Shown here: positions 1 to 10,127 of the stretch, piece after piece
How positions within the stretch are numbered: position 1 is the first letter of the stretch
Layout of the letters: each line of letters starts with the position of its first letter
Origin: Candidatus Nanopelagicus sp.
Lineage (GTDB): Bacteria > Actinomycetota > Actinomycetes > Nanopelagicales > Nanopelagicaceae
Assembly: GCA_044347205.1 (NCBI GenBank)
Contig: JBIIXT010000001.1
Location: 12,988 to 76,987 of the forward strand
Direction: 5' to 3'
DNA: 64,000 bases
The notes under the pieces: model-generated
Databases searched by the model: none
Seen by the model: only the letters and a program-made list of their open reading frames with translations
What the model was told of the DNA's origin: nothing
Program-made: the position numbers and the translations under genes

Positions 1-1
1 A

Positions 2-271
2 GATGGTGAACAAGAATTAGAGATTAAAGAGGCAACCAACAGTGGTGCAACTGTTACCTTAAAAGGATTAGGTGTGACAAAGCTTCGCGGCGGCGGACGA
101 GGGGATTTAATTGCCCATATTGAGGTTCAGACTCCAAGTAAGTTAAATAAAGAGCAAACAGAATTGTTAAAGAAATTTGCCCAGTTGCGCGGTGATTCAC
201 CAGATAAGGTTTTGGTGCACACACATAAAGATGAAGGCTTCTTTGGACGTGTGCGAAATGCCTTCCGCTGA
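2..271 (+). CDS. dnaJ: Chaperone DnaJ, C-terminal part (gene runs in from before the window)
   Basis: Frame is open from base 2 (DGEQELEIKEATNSGATVTLKGLGVTKLRGGGRGDLIAHIEVQTP...GFFGRVRNAF), typical DnaJ C-terminus; followed by rsmE. Confidence 0.9.
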   Translation, partial: DGEQELEIKEATNSGATVTLKGLGVTKLRGGGRGDLIAHIEVQTPSKLNKEQTELLKKFAQLRGDSPDKVLVHTHKDEGFFGRVRNAFR

Positions 272-987
272 TGCTCTCCCTATTTTTCGTAGATAAGCTA
301 GCAACTGGTCAAACACAGGAGCTAAGTGGGGATGAGGGTCATCACGCAGTTTCAGTAATGCGTATGAAAGTTGGTGAGCAGATAAAGATCGCCGATAACT
401 CTGGTAATTGGGTTAGTGGCGCTATAACTGAGGTTAATAAGAAAAGTTTGAAAATAGATGTAAGCACTCGAGGTAGCACGCAGCTGCAAACACCTGAGCT
501 GATTGTGGTTCAAGCTCTTACAAAGGCTGATCGAAATAAGGAAATGCTTGAGCTGCTTACAGTGGCTGGTGCTGATCAGATAATCCCTTGGCAAGCAGAG
601 CGCTGCATTAGTAAATGGCAGAGTGATTCAGCTAGTAAATGGTTGGTAGCAATTAAAGAAGCTGCTAAACAATCTCGTAGGGTTAAATTACCACTTCTAA
701 GTGATGGACTTTCAACTAATCAGTTGCTTAAGTTATTTGATTCAGATGATCAAGTTATTATTCTGCATGAGGCTGCCCAAGCCAAGATCTCAAGTTTAAA
801 ATTGCGTGCTGAAACAAAGCGAATTTTTATTATTATTGGTCCAGAGGGTGGAATTAGTGATGATGAAATTGCGCAGTTTGAATCTGCCAATGGCGCGGCG
901 CTGCAATTGGGTGAGAATGTATTACGGTCTGCCCATGCTGGCTTTGCCGCACTTTCTGCGATTGCTGTAATAATCGGGCGTTGGTAA
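271..987 (+). CDS. rsmE: 16S rRNA m3U1498 methyltransferase
   Basis: HHAVSVMR, EAAKQSRR, IIGPEGG, LGENVLRSAHAG SPOUT motifs; lies after dnaJ. Confidence 0.95.
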   Translation: MLSLFFVDKLATGQTQELSGDEGHHAVSVMRMKVGEQIKIADNSGNWVSGAITEVNKKSLKIDVSTRGSTQLQTPELIVVQALTKADRNKEMLELLTVAGADQIIPWQAERCISKWQSDSASKWLVAIKEAAKQSRRVKLPLLSDGLSTNQLLKLFDSDDQVIILHEAAQAKISSLKLRAETKRIFIIIGPEGGISDDEIAQFESANGAALQLGENVLRSAHAGFAALSAIAVIIGRW

Positions 988-989
988 TC

Positions 990-1334
990 ATGATTGATCA
1001 AAATTGTTTATTTTGCAAAATAGTTTCTGGCCAGATACCAGCAACAATTATTGAAAAAACTGATCGCGTAACTGCCTTTAATGACATCATGCCACAGGCA
1101 CCAGTACACATATTGATCATTCCAAATCAACACCTCGTAACGATGGCGCAGGTAGCCGAGAATGACCTAAAGCTTGTTGGTGAGATTATTGAGATGGCAG
1201 ATAAGCTGGCAAAGCAGCTAGGGGTGCAAAGTTATCGAACCAATATAAATACCGGAGCAGATGCGGGGCAATCGGTCTTTCACGCTCATTTACATCTTCT
1301 TGGTGGGCGCGCTTTCGCATGGCCGCCCGGTTAA
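990..1334 (+). CDS. HIT family nucleotide-binding protein
   Basis: CLFCKI N-terminus, AGQSVFHAHLHLLGG histidine triad, WPPG end; ATG at 990 chosen. Confidence 0.95.
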   Translation: MIDQNCLFCKIVSGQIPATIIEKTDRVTAFNDIMPQAPVHILIIPNQHLVTMAQVAENDLKLVGEIIEMADKLAKQLGVQSYRTNINTGADAGQSVFHAHLHLLGGRAFAWPPG

Positions 1335-1351
1335 ATATAGAATTATCTGCA

Positions 1352-2344
1352 ATGGACCCCAGAGTTATTAAATTACCAGCCGCCTTTTCCATGGTGGCAT
1401 TAGTCGGCCCAAATGATTCTTACTTTCGAATTCTAGAAAATCGTTTTCCAGATCTTGCAATTACCATCCGAGGTAATGAGATTTATGTAAAGGGTGAAGA
1501 GTCACAGAGTAAGCAATTTAGTGAGTTGGTAGAAGAGCTAATTGCAATCTTACGTGGTGGTCAAAATTTGAGTGAGGATATGGTTACTCGTTCAGTCTCA
1601 ATGATTAAACATGATCCAGCCCAACATCCAGCAGAGGTTTTAACCTTAAACATTTTGAGCAATCGTGGCAAAACAATTAGGCCAAAGACTGCAAATCAAA
1701 AGAAATATGTAGATGCAATAGATTTAAACACTATTACTTTTGGAATTGGTCCAGCTGGATCTGGAAAAACATATTTAGCGATGGCTAAGGCGATTCAAGC
1801 GTTGCAATCTAAGCAAGTAAATAGAATCATTTTAACTAGGCCAGCCGTTGAAGCGGGCGAGCATCTAGGCTTCTTACCTGGATCGCTAAATGAAAAAATT
1901 GATCCATACCTTCGTCCATTATTTGATGCGTTGCATGACATGCTTGATCAAGATGCTATTCCAAGATTGATGAGCACCGGTGTGATTGAAGTAGCCCCAC
2001 TTGCTTATATGCGCGGTCGAACCTTAAATGATGCATTCATTATTTTAGATGAGGCTCAAAATACGACACCAGAGCAGATGAAGATGTTTTTAACCAGACT
2101 TGGATTTGGTTCGAAGATGGTAGTTACTGGTGATACAACTCAGGTAGATCTTCCAAATCATGCCAAGTCGGGTTTAAAAGTAGTCCAGGATATTTTGGCA
2201 GATGTTGAAGATATCTCCTTTATGCATTTAACAGCAGAGGATGTAGTTCGAAATAGATTAGTTGGAGACATTGTTACCGCTTATGGTGCCTGGGATGAGA
2301 ATCTTGCTAAGACCACCTTTCCAATTCGTAGTGAGAAGCGGTGA
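1352..2344 (+). CDS. phoH: PhoH family ATPase
   Basis: GPAGSGKT Walker A, LGFLPG, YMRGRTL, DEAQN; ATG at 1352 chosen to avoid overlap with the HIT gene. Confidence 0.95.
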   Translation: MDPRVIKLPAAFSMVALVGPNDSYFRILENRFPDLAITIRGNEIYVKGEESQSKQFSELVEELIAILRGGQNLSEDMVTRSVSMIKHDPAQHPAEVLTLNILSNRGKTIRPKTANQKKYVDAIDLNTITFGIGPAGSGKTYLAMAKAIQALQSKQVNRIILTRPAVEAGEHLGFLPGSLNEKIDPYLRPLFDALHDMLDQDAIPRLMSTGVIEVAPLAYMRGRTLNDAFIILDEAQNTTPEQMKMFLTRLGFGSKMVVTGDTTQVDLPNHAKSGLKVVQDILADVEDISFMHLTAEDVVRNRLVGDIVTAYGAWDENLAKTTFPIRSEKR

Positions 2345-2350
2345 TCTGCA

Positions 2351-2788
2351 ATAAAAATTGAATTAGAAAATATTTCTGATTACAAATGCGATGAGACCGG
2401 CTTGATATCTGTAGCAGATTTCACGCTTAACAAAATGGGTGTACACCCAGATTGTGAGTTAAATATTCGCTTAGTAAATGAGGCCGAAATTACGGAACTG
2501 CATATCAAATGGATGGATCTATCTGGCCCTACTGATGTGCTCTCATTTCCAATGGATGAAGTAAAACCAAATTCAAAGGCGGATGGACCAGCAATTGTGG
2601 GCGACATTGTTTTGTGTCCGGCCTTTGCTGAAAAAAATGAGAAACAATCATTAGCTAAAGAGCTAGAACTTCTTACCGTGCATGGAGTTCTTCATTTGTT
2701 AGGTTTTGATCATGCCGATTTAGATCAAGAGCAGGCGATGTTTGAGCTGCAAGAGGATCTTCTAAGTAAGTGGCGGGCTAGCGCATGA
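2351..2788 (+). CDS. ybeY: rRNA maturation endoribonuclease YbeY (start uncertain, see findings)
   Basis: PTDVLSFP, GDIVLC, HGVLHLLGFDH metal motif; YbeY-like N-terminal sequence extends in frame upstream of the TTG at 2402. Confidence 0.9.
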   Translation: MKIELENISDYKCDETGLISVADFTLNKMGVHPDCELNIRLVNEAEITELHIKWMDLSGPTDVLSFPMDEVKPNSKADGPAIVGDIVLCPAFAEKNEKQSLAKELELLTVHGVLHLLGFDHADLDQEQAMFELQEDLLSKWRASA

Positions 2789-4080
2789 CACTAATTAATT
2801 TACTTCTTATTATCTCTCTATTGCTCTTTGCTGGCTTCTTAGCTGGAAGTGAGTCAGCATTAACCTCCCTATCTCGGGTATTAATTGAGGAAATTGTTGA
2901 AAGCAAACCCAGATATGCAAAACGTTTTCAGCGTCTATTAGAAAACCCAGCCAGGTACTTAAATGTTTTGCTACTGGTTCGAAAAGGTTGTGAGTTAACT
3001 GCAACGGTTTTAGTAGCAGATTATGCAATTACCGGTGAAGATAGTAACTTCCTAGTTTTGGCTAGCGTGGTATTAATAATGCTTGCTATTTCATATGTAG
3101 TAGTTGGAGTTGGCCCACGCACTTTAGGAAAGCAGCATGCATTAAGTTGGGCAAGGCCTGCTGTTCTAACTGCTGATTTACTAGCTAAATTACTTGGCCC
3201 ATTAACCAATCTATTGATATCAATTGGAAATGCGCTCACACCTGGACGTGGCTTTAAGTCTGGCCCATTTGCAAGTGAAGCTGAGTTTCGCGATCTAGTT
3301 GATCAAGCAAGTGAAAGTGGCTTTGTCGAAGAATCAGAGCGCGAGATGATCCACTCCGTCTTTGATTTAGGTGAAACTTTAGTTCGTGAATTAATGGTGC
3401 CGCGCACTGAAATGGTTTGGATTGAATCTGGTAAAACTTTGCGTCAAGGTTTATCACTTGCATTGCGATCTGGCTTTACTCGAATTCCAGTAATCTCAGA
3501 AAATCTCGACAATGTGATTGGTATTGCCTACGTTAAAGATTTAGCCAAGCGCGTTCATGAGCACCACGAGGCAGAGCAAAATGAGAATGTTGAAGAGCAT
3601 TTACGTAAGGCAACCTTTGTGCCAGAAACGAAAACGGCTGCAGATTTATTAAAAGAGATGCAATCAGATCAAATCCATATGGCGATTGTGGTTGATGAGT
3701 ACGGTGGAACTGCTGGCTTGATTACGATCGAAGATATTTTAGAGGAGATCGTGGGTGAAATTGCTGATGAATATGACGATGATGAAACTGAGGAGATTGA
3801 GTGGCTCTCTGAAGATCGAGCACGTATCTCAACTCGATTACATGTAGAGGATTTTGCGCAGGAGTTTAAGAGTGAGTTTTCATCGGAAGAGGTTGCAGAT
3901 GTTGACACCATTGGTGGCTTAATCGCTAAACATCTTGGCCGAGTACCAATTCCGGGCAGCACAATTACCGTGCCGGGCTGGAAGTTAACAGCGGAGCGAC
4001 CAGCTGGCAGAAGGCACCGAATAATTACCGTCTTAGCGGAGCGAGTTACGCAGGTAAGTGAAGTGAGCGATCACTTATAG
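2785..4080 (+). CDS. Hemolysin/CorC family CNNM-CBS-CorC domain membrane protein
   Basis: N-terminal TM region with ESAL, MVPRTEM, VVDEYGGTAGLITIEDILEEIVGEIADEYD. Confidence 0.93.
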   Translation: MTLINLLLIISLLLFAGFLAGSESALTSLSRVLIEEIVESKPRYAKRFQRLLENPARYLNVLLLVRKGCELTATVLVADYAITGEDSNFLVLASVVLIMLAISYVVVGVGPRTLGKQHALSWARPAVLTADLLAKLLGPLTNLLISIGNALTPGRGFKSGPFASEAEFRDLVDQASESGFVEESEREMIHSVFDLGETLVRELMVPRTEMVWIESGKTLRQGLSLALRSGFTRIPVISENLDNVIGIAYVKDLAKRVHEHHEAEQNENVEEHLRKATFVPETKTAADLLKEMQSDQIHMAIVVDEYGGTAGLITIEDILEEIVGEIADEYDDDETEEIEWLSEDRARISTRLHVEDFAQEFKSEFSSEEVADVDTIGGLIAKHLGRVPIPGSTITVPGWKLTAERPAGRRHRIITVLAERVTQVSEVSDHL

Positions 4081-4089
4081 AATTAATGC

Positions 4090-4878
4090 ATGCGCATAGT
4101 TAGATTCTCCGCTCCGCCTGAATTAGGAGTGGGAAGTGATCCCTTATTTGGCCTACTAAATGAGTCAGATTCAATTTTAATTTTAAAAGGTGATCCAATT
4201 TACGCTGGAATTGCGCCAATTGATAAGACTCTAAATTTGGCTGATGTGCGATTGCTGGCACCTGTAATTCCGCGCAGCAAGGTTGTTTGTATTGGCAAAA
4301 ATTATGCCGATCACGCCGCTGAAATGGATTCGGTTGTGCCAGATGAACCAATAATTTTTATTAAACCAAATACGGCAGTAATTGGACCCAATGATGTTAT
4401 TCAATGGCCCAGAATGAGTGAGCGAGTAGATTTTGAGGCAGAGCTAGCAATTGTGATTGGTCGAATTTGTAAAGAGGTGCCAGCTGCAAAGGCAAATGAT
4501 GTTATTTTTGGTTATACCTTAGCTAATGATGTGACGGCTCGTGATCTACAGAAAAAGGATGGTCAGTGGAGTAGAGCAAAAGGCTTTGATACTTTTTGCC
4601 CACTTGGTCCTTGGATTGAAACAGAGTTCACACCGGGTGCACAACAAATAACTGCAACCTTAAATGGTGAGATTAAACAATCTGCAACGTTAGATCTAAT
4701 GATCTTTAAAATTCCACAGATCATCGAATTTGTAACCAATGTAATGACCTTGCTGCCTGGAGATGTAATTCTTACCGGCACGCCCGCTGGAATTGCGCCA
4801 ATGCCAGCGGGATCAACTATTACCGTGGCGATAGATGGACTTGGAGCATTAACGAATAAGGTTTCATCCCGTGGCTAA
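4090..4878 (+). CDS. Fumarylacetoacetate hydrolase family protein
   Basis: KVVCIGKNYADHA, FEAELAIVIG, NDVTARDLQ, AKGFDTFCPLGP, GDVILTGTP; conserved position before gltX. Confidence 0.93.
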   Translation: MRIVRFSAPPELGVGSDPLFGLLNESDSILILKGDPIYAGIAPIDKTLNLADVRLLAPVIPRSKVVCIGKNYADHAAEMDSVVPDEPIIFIKPNTAVIGPNDVIQWPRMSERVDFEAELAIVIGRICKEVPAAKANDVIFGYTLANDVTARDLQKKDGQWSRAKGFDTFCPLGPWIETEFTPGAQQITATLNGEIKQSATLDLMIFKIPQIIEFVTNVMTLLPGDVILTGTPAGIAPMPAGSTITVAIDGLGALTNKVSSRG

Positions 4879-6343
4879 TCTAAATAATCAAAAACAGGTA
4901 CGAGTGCGCTTTGCACCCTCGCCAACTGGTGATCTGCATGTTGGAAATATTCGTACTGCCTTATTTGATTGGGCATATGCTCGCCATACAAATGGAAAAC
5001 TAATTTTTAGAATAGAAGACACTGATCGAGAGCGCGTTACAGATGAGTACATTCAAGCAGCCATTGATACTCTAAAGTGGCTTGGTTTAAATTGGGATGA
5101 GGGTCCAGAAGTTGGCGGCGAATTCGGACCGTATCTACAATCGCAGCGACTTGATATTTACGCCGAATGGGCGCAAAAGTTTTTAGATAACGGTGATGCT
5201 TATCATTGTTACTGCAGTGGGGAAGAGCTCGAAGAGCGCAGACAAGTGCAGATGAAAAATAATCAAGCACCTGGTTATGATGGAAAGTGCAGAGATCTTT
5301 CAAATACTCAAATTGATGAGTACAAGGCTCAGGCAAGAAAACCAGTTGTACGTATGCGAATGCCACAAGGTGAAACTGTTTTTACAGATGCAATTCGCGG
5401 CGAAGTTAAGTTTGAGCATTTATACGTACCAGATTTTGTATTAGCGCGCGCCGATGGTTCACCACTTTATACATTGGCAGTTGCCGTAGATGATGTCTTG
5501 ATGAAGATAACTCATGTATTACGTGGTGAGGATTTACTTTCTTCAACGCCAAGGCAGATTAGGGTTTACCAAGCCATGGGTGTTTCAGAAAATGATTACC
5601 CAATTTTTGCCCACCTACCATTTGTAATGGGTCAAGATAATGCCAAGCTATCTAAGCGAAATGGTGAGGTTTCAATTGCTTGGTATCGAGAGCGTGGGTT
5701 TTTACCTGAGGCAATCTGTAATTATCTAGCTCTTCTTGGCTGGTCACCTGGGGATGATAAAGAAAATATTACGATGCAAGAACTAGTTGATCTATTTACA
5801 GTTGAGCGAGTAAATAGCAGTCCAGCAAGATTTGATATGAAAAAGCTAGAGGCAATTAACGGTGACAAAATTCGCGCATTAACGCCAGATCAATTCTTGC
5901 AGTGGGCGATGCCATTTTTAACGCAGGCGAAGGTAATTACTGGAACGGCGCAGGAGATTGAACTTGTTAAAGCGGCATTGCCAATAATTCAAGAGCGGAT
6001 TGTGACACTTGCTGAAATTCCAGCGATGCTTAATTTCTTATTTGTAAAAGAGTTTAAAGTAGATGAAGCAGAGCAACCTAAATTAGCTGAAGAAGCTTCA
6101 CAGCAGATTCTTAAGCGCTCATTGGCAGAGCTTGAATCATTAGCCACTTGGGATCACGCCAGCATTGAAGCGATTTTGCGAAAGGTGTTAATTGAGGAGT
6201 TGGGACTGAAGCCACGTATTGCCTTTAGCGCGCTTCGAATAGCAGTTACTGGCTCGCATATCTCACCGCCATTATTTGAATCTATGGAGTTACTTGGCAA
6301 GGTGGGATCAATTAGTAGAATTAAATCCGCTATTCGCGCATAA
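4871..6343 (+). CDS. gltX: Glutamate--tRNA ligase
   Basis: RVRFAPSPTG, HVGN (HIGH-like), RIEDTD, KLSKR. Confidence 0.97.
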   Translation: MANLNNQKQVRVRFAPSPTGDLHVGNIRTALFDWAYARHTNGKLIFRIEDTDRERVTDEYIQAAIDTLKWLGLNWDEGPEVGGEFGPYLQSQRLDIYAEWAQKFLDNGDAYHCYCSGEELEERRQVQMKNNQAPGYDGKCRDLSNTQIDEYKAQARKPVVRMRMPQGETVFTDAIRGEVKFEHLYVPDFVLARADGSPLYTLAVAVDDVLMKITHVLRGEDLLSSTPRQIRVYQAMGVSENDYPIFAHLPFVMGQDNAKLSKRNGEVSIAWYRERGFLPEAICNYLALLGWSPGDDKENITMQELVDLFTVERVNSSPARFDMKKLEAINGDKIRALTPDQFLQWAMPFLTQAKVITGTAQEIELVKAALPIIQERIVTLAEIPAMLNFLFVKEFKVDEAEQPKLAEEASQQILKRSLAELESLATWDHASIEAILRKVLIEELGLKPRIAFSALRIAVTGSHISPPLFESMELLGKVGSISRIKSAIRA

Positions 6344-6398
6344 GATTTCTACTTAAATACTTGGTCGGGTATTCTTTCCCAGGTATTAAACAAATTAT

Positions 6399-6470
6399 TG
6401 GGGTATGGGGTAATTGGCAGCCCAGCTGATTCTGGTTCAGCTTGTCTAGGTTCGAGTCCTGGTACCCCAG
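6399..6470 (+). tRNA. tRNA-Gln (anticodon CTG)
   Basis: Acceptor stem TGGGGTA/TACCCCA, anticodon arm GCTGA-TTCTGGT-TCAGC, T-loop GTTCGAGTC; CCA not encoded. Confidence 0.95.
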
Positions 6471-6490
6471 CGAAAAAACTTAATATGCAC

Positions 6491-6563
6491 GGCTCCGTCG
6501 TCTAGTGGCCTAGGACTCTGGCTTCTCAAGCCAGCTACGAGGGTTCGAATCCCTTCGGAGCTA
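6491..6563 (+). tRNA. tRNA-Glu (anticodon CTC)
   Basis: Acceptor stem GGCTCCG/CGGAGCT, anticodon arm CTGGC-TTCTCAA-GCCAG, T-loop GTTCGAATC; CCA not encoded. Confidence 0.95.
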
Positions 6564-6587
6564 CAACTTTTGCTTTTTAGTTAATAG

Positions 6588-7304
6588 CTATTTGATAGCT
6601 AAAGATTTAGATAACTTATTTGCAGTTGCAACTACAGATGCTGCATGCATTCGACCTGGTTGGCGACTTAATCGCTCAATTGGTCCACTGATACTTACTG
6701 CTGCAATAACTTTATTGTTTGGTCCACGAACTGGCGCTGAAACAGATGCAACTCCAGCTTCGCGTTCACCAATTGATTGTGCCCAGCCGCGACGACGAAT
6801 TGCGGCAAGATTAACTGCGTTAAATTTTGCGCCAACTAAACCACGATGTAATTTATCTGGCTCCTCCCATGCCATCAGGATTTGCGCACCAGAGCCAGCT
6901 GCCATTGTTAATGTTGTTCCAACTGGAACAGAATCGCGTAATCCACTTAGGCGCTCAGCGATTGCAACACAGATCCGAGAATCTCCTTGCCGGCGATATA
7001 ACTGGGCACTTTCACCAGTTGCATCTCGAAGTGCAATTAATGCTGGCGCTGCCAAAACTAATAATCTATCTTCACCAGCAGCTGTTGCTAACTCACCAGA
7101 GCGAGCACCTAATATAAATCGACCTGAAAAATCTCGGCTAACTAATCTATGAAACTCAAGTGCCACCGCTAACCGGTGCGCAGTGGGGCGTGCGATACCA
7201 GTTGCCGAAACTAATTCACTAAGTGATCTTGGTCCCGCCTCTAGCGCAGCCATAATGGATAGCGCTTTGTCTAAGACGCCAACCCCGCTATTCTTTCTGT
7301 CCAC
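6588..7304 (-). CDS. IclR family regulator (NdgR/LtbR-like)
   Basis: SGVGVLDKA N-terminus, HTH ARPTAHRLAVALE, RRRGWAQSIGEREAGVASVSAP; divergent from leuC; GTG at 7304 taken as start. Confidence 0.93.
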   Translation of the reverse strand: MDRKNSGVGVLDKALSIMAALEAGPRSLSELVSATGIARPTAHRLAVALEFHRLVSRDFSGRFILGARSGELATAAGEDRLLVLAAPALIALRDATGESAQLYRRQGDSRICVAIAERLSGLRDSVPVGTTLTMAAGSGAQILMAWEEPDKLHRGLVGAKFNAVNLAAIRRRGWAQSIGEREAGVASVSAPVRGPNNKVIAAVSISGPIERLSRQPGRMHAASVVATANKLSKSLAIK

Positions 7305-7319
7305 ACTCTGATAATGCCA

Positions 7320-7334
7320 TCTCACTTAGTGAGA
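7320..7334. promoter_or_regulatory. 15-bp palindrome, probable operator of the IclR regulator
   Basis: TCTCACT-T-AGTGAGA perfect inverted repeat in the IclR/leuC divergent intergenic region. Confidence 0.65.
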
Positions 7335-7392
7335 AGCAAATTTCAGTGAGTATTATCAAAGTTCTTGATTAGTGAAGGAGTAAGTTAAGTAA

Positions 7393-8790
7393 ATGGGAAA
7401 GACATTAGCGGAAAAAATTTGGGCCGAGCATATTGTCTCTGCCACTGCCAATGAACCTGATTTACTTTATATTGATCTTCATCTAATCCACGAGGTAACA
7501 AGCCCGCAGGCATTTGATGGACTTCGCTTAGCTAATCGCAAAGTTCGTCGCCCAGATTTAACTATTGCAACTGAAGATCACAATGTGCCGACATTAAATA
7601 TTGATAAACCAATTGCAGATCCAGTATCTAAATTACAGGTGGATACCCTACGTAAGAACTGTGCTGAGTTTGGGGTGCGCCTGCATTCATTAGGTGATAT
7701 CGACCAAGGAATTGTTCATGTTGTTGGTCCGCAACTTGGGATTACCCAGCCTGGCATGACAATTGTTTGCGGAGACTCCCATACTTCAACTCATGGCGCC
7801 TTTGGTGCATTAGCTTTTGGAATTGGCACCAGCGAGGTAGAGCATGTGTTAGCAACACAAACCTTGCCACTTGTTCGACCAAAAACTATGGCAATAAATG
7901 TTGAAGGAAGTTTAAAGCCGGGAGTAACTAGCAAAGATATTATTTTGGCAGTTATTGCAAAGATTGGTACAGGCGGTGGCCAAGGTTATATTTTGGAGTA
8001 CCGTGGAAGTGCAATTCGCGCCCTATCAATGGAAGGCCGAATGACTATTTGTAACATGTCAATTGAGGCTGGTGCTCGCGCAGGTTTAATTGCGCCAGAT
8101 CAAACCACTTTTGATTATGTTAAAGGCAAAGCACATGCACCAGAAGGTGCTGATTGGGATGCAGCTTTGGCTTATTGGAAAACTTTAACAACGGATGCTG
8201 ATGCAAAATTTGATGTAGAGGTTAATTTAAATGCTGATGAGTTAGCACCATTTGTAACATGGGGAACTAACCCTGGGCAAGGTTTACCGCTATCGGCATC
8301 AGTTCCAAATCCAGCAGATATTGCTAATGCCGAAGATCGCGGCGCAGCAGAGCGAGCACTTGAGTACATGGGCTTAACAGCTGGCACACCACTTAAAGAT
8401 ATTAAGGTGGACACCGTATTTTTAGGCTCTTGCACAAATGGTCGAATTGAAGATCTACGCTCTGCCGCAGATGTTTTAAAGGGTAAGAAAATTGCCAGCT
8501 CACTTAGATTATTAGTTGTTCCTGGATCAGCTCGCGTTAGATTACAAGCTGAGGCTGAAGGGCTAGATAAAGTATTTTTAGATGCTGGCGCCGAATGGCG
8601 AAGTGCTGGCTGCTCAATGTGTTTAGGTATGAATCCAGATCAATTAACTGTGGGTGAGCGCGCAGCATCAACTAGCAATAGAAACTTTGAAGGCCGTCAA
8701 GGCAAGGGCGGTCGAACACATTTAGTAAGTCCATTAGTTGCAGCGGCGACTGCGATTAAGGGCACCTTAGCTTCGCCGGCGGATTTATAA
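7393..8790 (+). CDS. leuC: 3-isopropylmalate dehydratase large subunit
   Basis: [54 protein letters not shown]. Confidence 0.98.
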   Translation: MGKTLAEKIWAEHIVSATANEPDLLYIDLHLIHEVTSPQAFDGLRLANRKVRRPDLTIATEDHNVPTLNIDKPIADPVSKLQVDTLRKNCAEFGVRLHSLGDIDQGIVHVVGPQLGITQPGMTIVCGDSHTSTHGAFGALAFGIGTSEVEHVLATQTLPLVRPKTMAINVEGSLKPGVTSKDIILAVIAKIGTGGGQGYILEYRGSAIRALSMEGRMTICNMSIEAGARAGLIAPDQTTFDYVKGKAHAPEGADWDAALAYWKTLTTDADAKFDVEVNLNADELAPFVTWGTNPGQGLPLSASVPNPADIANAEDRGAAERALEYMGLTAGTPLKDIKVDTVFLGSCTNGRIEDLRSAADVLKGKKIASSLRLLVVPGSARVRLQAEAEGLDKVFLDAGAEWRSAGCSMCLGMNPDQLTVGERAASTSNRNFEGRQGKGGRTHLVSPLVAAATAIKGTLASPADL

Positions 8791-9387
8791 ATGGATAAGT
8801 TCATAAAGCATTCAGGTAGCGGCCTGCCGCTTCGCCGCAGCAATGTTGATACCGACCAGATCATTCCAGCGGTATATCTAAAGCGAATCACCAAAAGTGG
8901 CTTTGAAGACGGGCTATTTGGTGCTTGGCGCAATGACCCCGAGTTTGTTTTAAACCAGCCACAATATAAGGGAGCAACAATCTTGGTTGCAGGCCCAGAT
9001 TTTGGTACTGGCTCATCTAGAGAGCATGCGGTTTGGGCGCTACAAAATTATGGATTTAAGGTTGTCTTATCTAGCCGCTTTGCCGATATCTTCCGAGGCA
9101 ACTCCCAAAAAGCTGGGCTATTAACGGTGATTTTGCCGCAGGATGAGATTGAAAAGATTTGGCAGATCATTGAAACAAAGCCACAGACTCAAATAACTGC
9201 TGACCTTGAGAGCAAAACTATCTCCTATGCAGGTGCGACTCTAAATTTTGAGATCGATGATTACACCCGCTGGCGCTTAATCGAGGGGCTAGATGACATC
9301 GGATTAACCTTTACTAAAATTGATAAGGTCACTGAGTTTGAATCAAAAAGAGCGATTTTTAAGCCTAAAACACTGCCAATCAAGTAG
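8791..9387 (+). CDS. leuD: 3-isopropylmalate dehydratase small subunit
   Basis: [28 protein letters not shown]. Confidence 0.98.
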   Translation: MDKFIKHSGSGLPLRRSNVDTDQIIPAVYLKRITKSGFEDGLFGAWRNDPEFVLNQPQYKGATILVAGPDFGTGSSREHAVWALQNYGFKVVLSSRFADIFRGNSQKAGLLTVILPQDEIEKIWQIIETKPQTQITADLESKTISYAGATLNFEIDDYTRWRLIEGLDDIGLTFTKIDKVTEFESKRAIFKPKTLPIK

Positions 9388-9593
9388 CACCAACTCTAAA
9401 GTAATTATTTAGAGTTTTTAAAAAGTTAATGATTGTTCGTTAAAACCCTTAATTTTCAATACTTTTAAGCGGTATGCATCAATATTTTAACTGCGACACA
9501 CCGATTTGGATGTCCACCAAATTTTTGCTCACCCCTTAGATTAACCCTCAGTTAAGCAAATGCTTAATTTTTACACGTAAATAAGGGGATTTC

Positions 9594-10022
9594 ATGAACA
9601 AAGCCCAGTTCATTGCTTACTTGGCACCACAATTTGGTGACAGTAAGAAAGAAGCTGCTCGCGCAGTTGAAGTTGTATTTGATGCGATCGTTCGCAACAT
9701 CTCAAAAGGTGAAGATGTAATGATCAATGATTTCGGTAAGTTTAAGAAGGTTGACCGTCCAGCACGTAAGGGCCGTAACCCATTTACCGGCGAAACAATT
9801 CAAATTAAAGCAAGCAAGAAGGTTCGCTTCCTTGCAGCAAAAGGTTTGAAAGATGTTATTTCTGGTGCAAGGAAGTTAGGCGCAGCACCTGTTGCACCTG
9901 CTAAAGCTGCTCCAGCAAAAGCGACTAAAGCAAGCAAGCCTGCAAAGGCTAAGAAGGGCAGCAGATTAAAGAAGGCTGTTAAGAAAGCAAAGCCAGCTAA
10001 GAAAGCGAAGAAGCGTCGCTAA
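9594..10022 (+). CDS. hup: HU family DNA-binding protein with Lys/Ala/Pro-rich tail (HupB-like)
   Basis: MNKAQ, FGKF, ARKGRNPFTGETIQI; C-terminal PAKA/KKA repeats. Confidence 0.93.
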   Translation: MNKAQFIAYLAPQFGDSKKEAARAVEVVFDAIVRNISKGEDVMINDFGKFKKVDRPARKGRNPFTGETIQIKASKKVRFLAAKGLKDVISGARKLGAAPVAPAKAAPAKATKASKPAKAKKGSRLKKAVKKAKPAKKAKKRR

Positions 10023-10040
10023 AAAGAAAGTAAGTAATTT

Positions 10041-10072
10041 AAACGGGGTCTCATGAAGAGGCCCCGTTTTTT
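10041..10072 (+). terminator. Intrinsic terminator after hup
   Basis: AAACGGGGTCTC-ATGAA-GAGGCCCCGTTT hairpin followed by a T tract. Confidence 0.85.
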
Positions 10073-10127
10073 ACGCTTAAAATCCATGCTTTTATGATGA
10101 TGCAAGTATCCGTCGTAGAATTAGGCA

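Noticed and set aside
2342-2344. Selenocysteine recoding of the phoH TGA
   Set aside because: No SECIS-like hairpin in the AT-rich downstream sequence, and the position is an inter-gene junction rather than a catalytic Cys site.
6399-6563. tRNA genes as an integration site for an island
   Set aside because: No duplicated tRNA 3' end or integrase seen; the flanks are the conserved gltX and IclR-leuC genes.
6592-7152. 186-aa plus-strand ORF and the other antisense ORFs in the track (e.g. 28052-28504, 42068-42508, 39673-40056, 60760-61149)
   Set aside because: They are shadow frames of well-supported genes and have no recognisable motifs.
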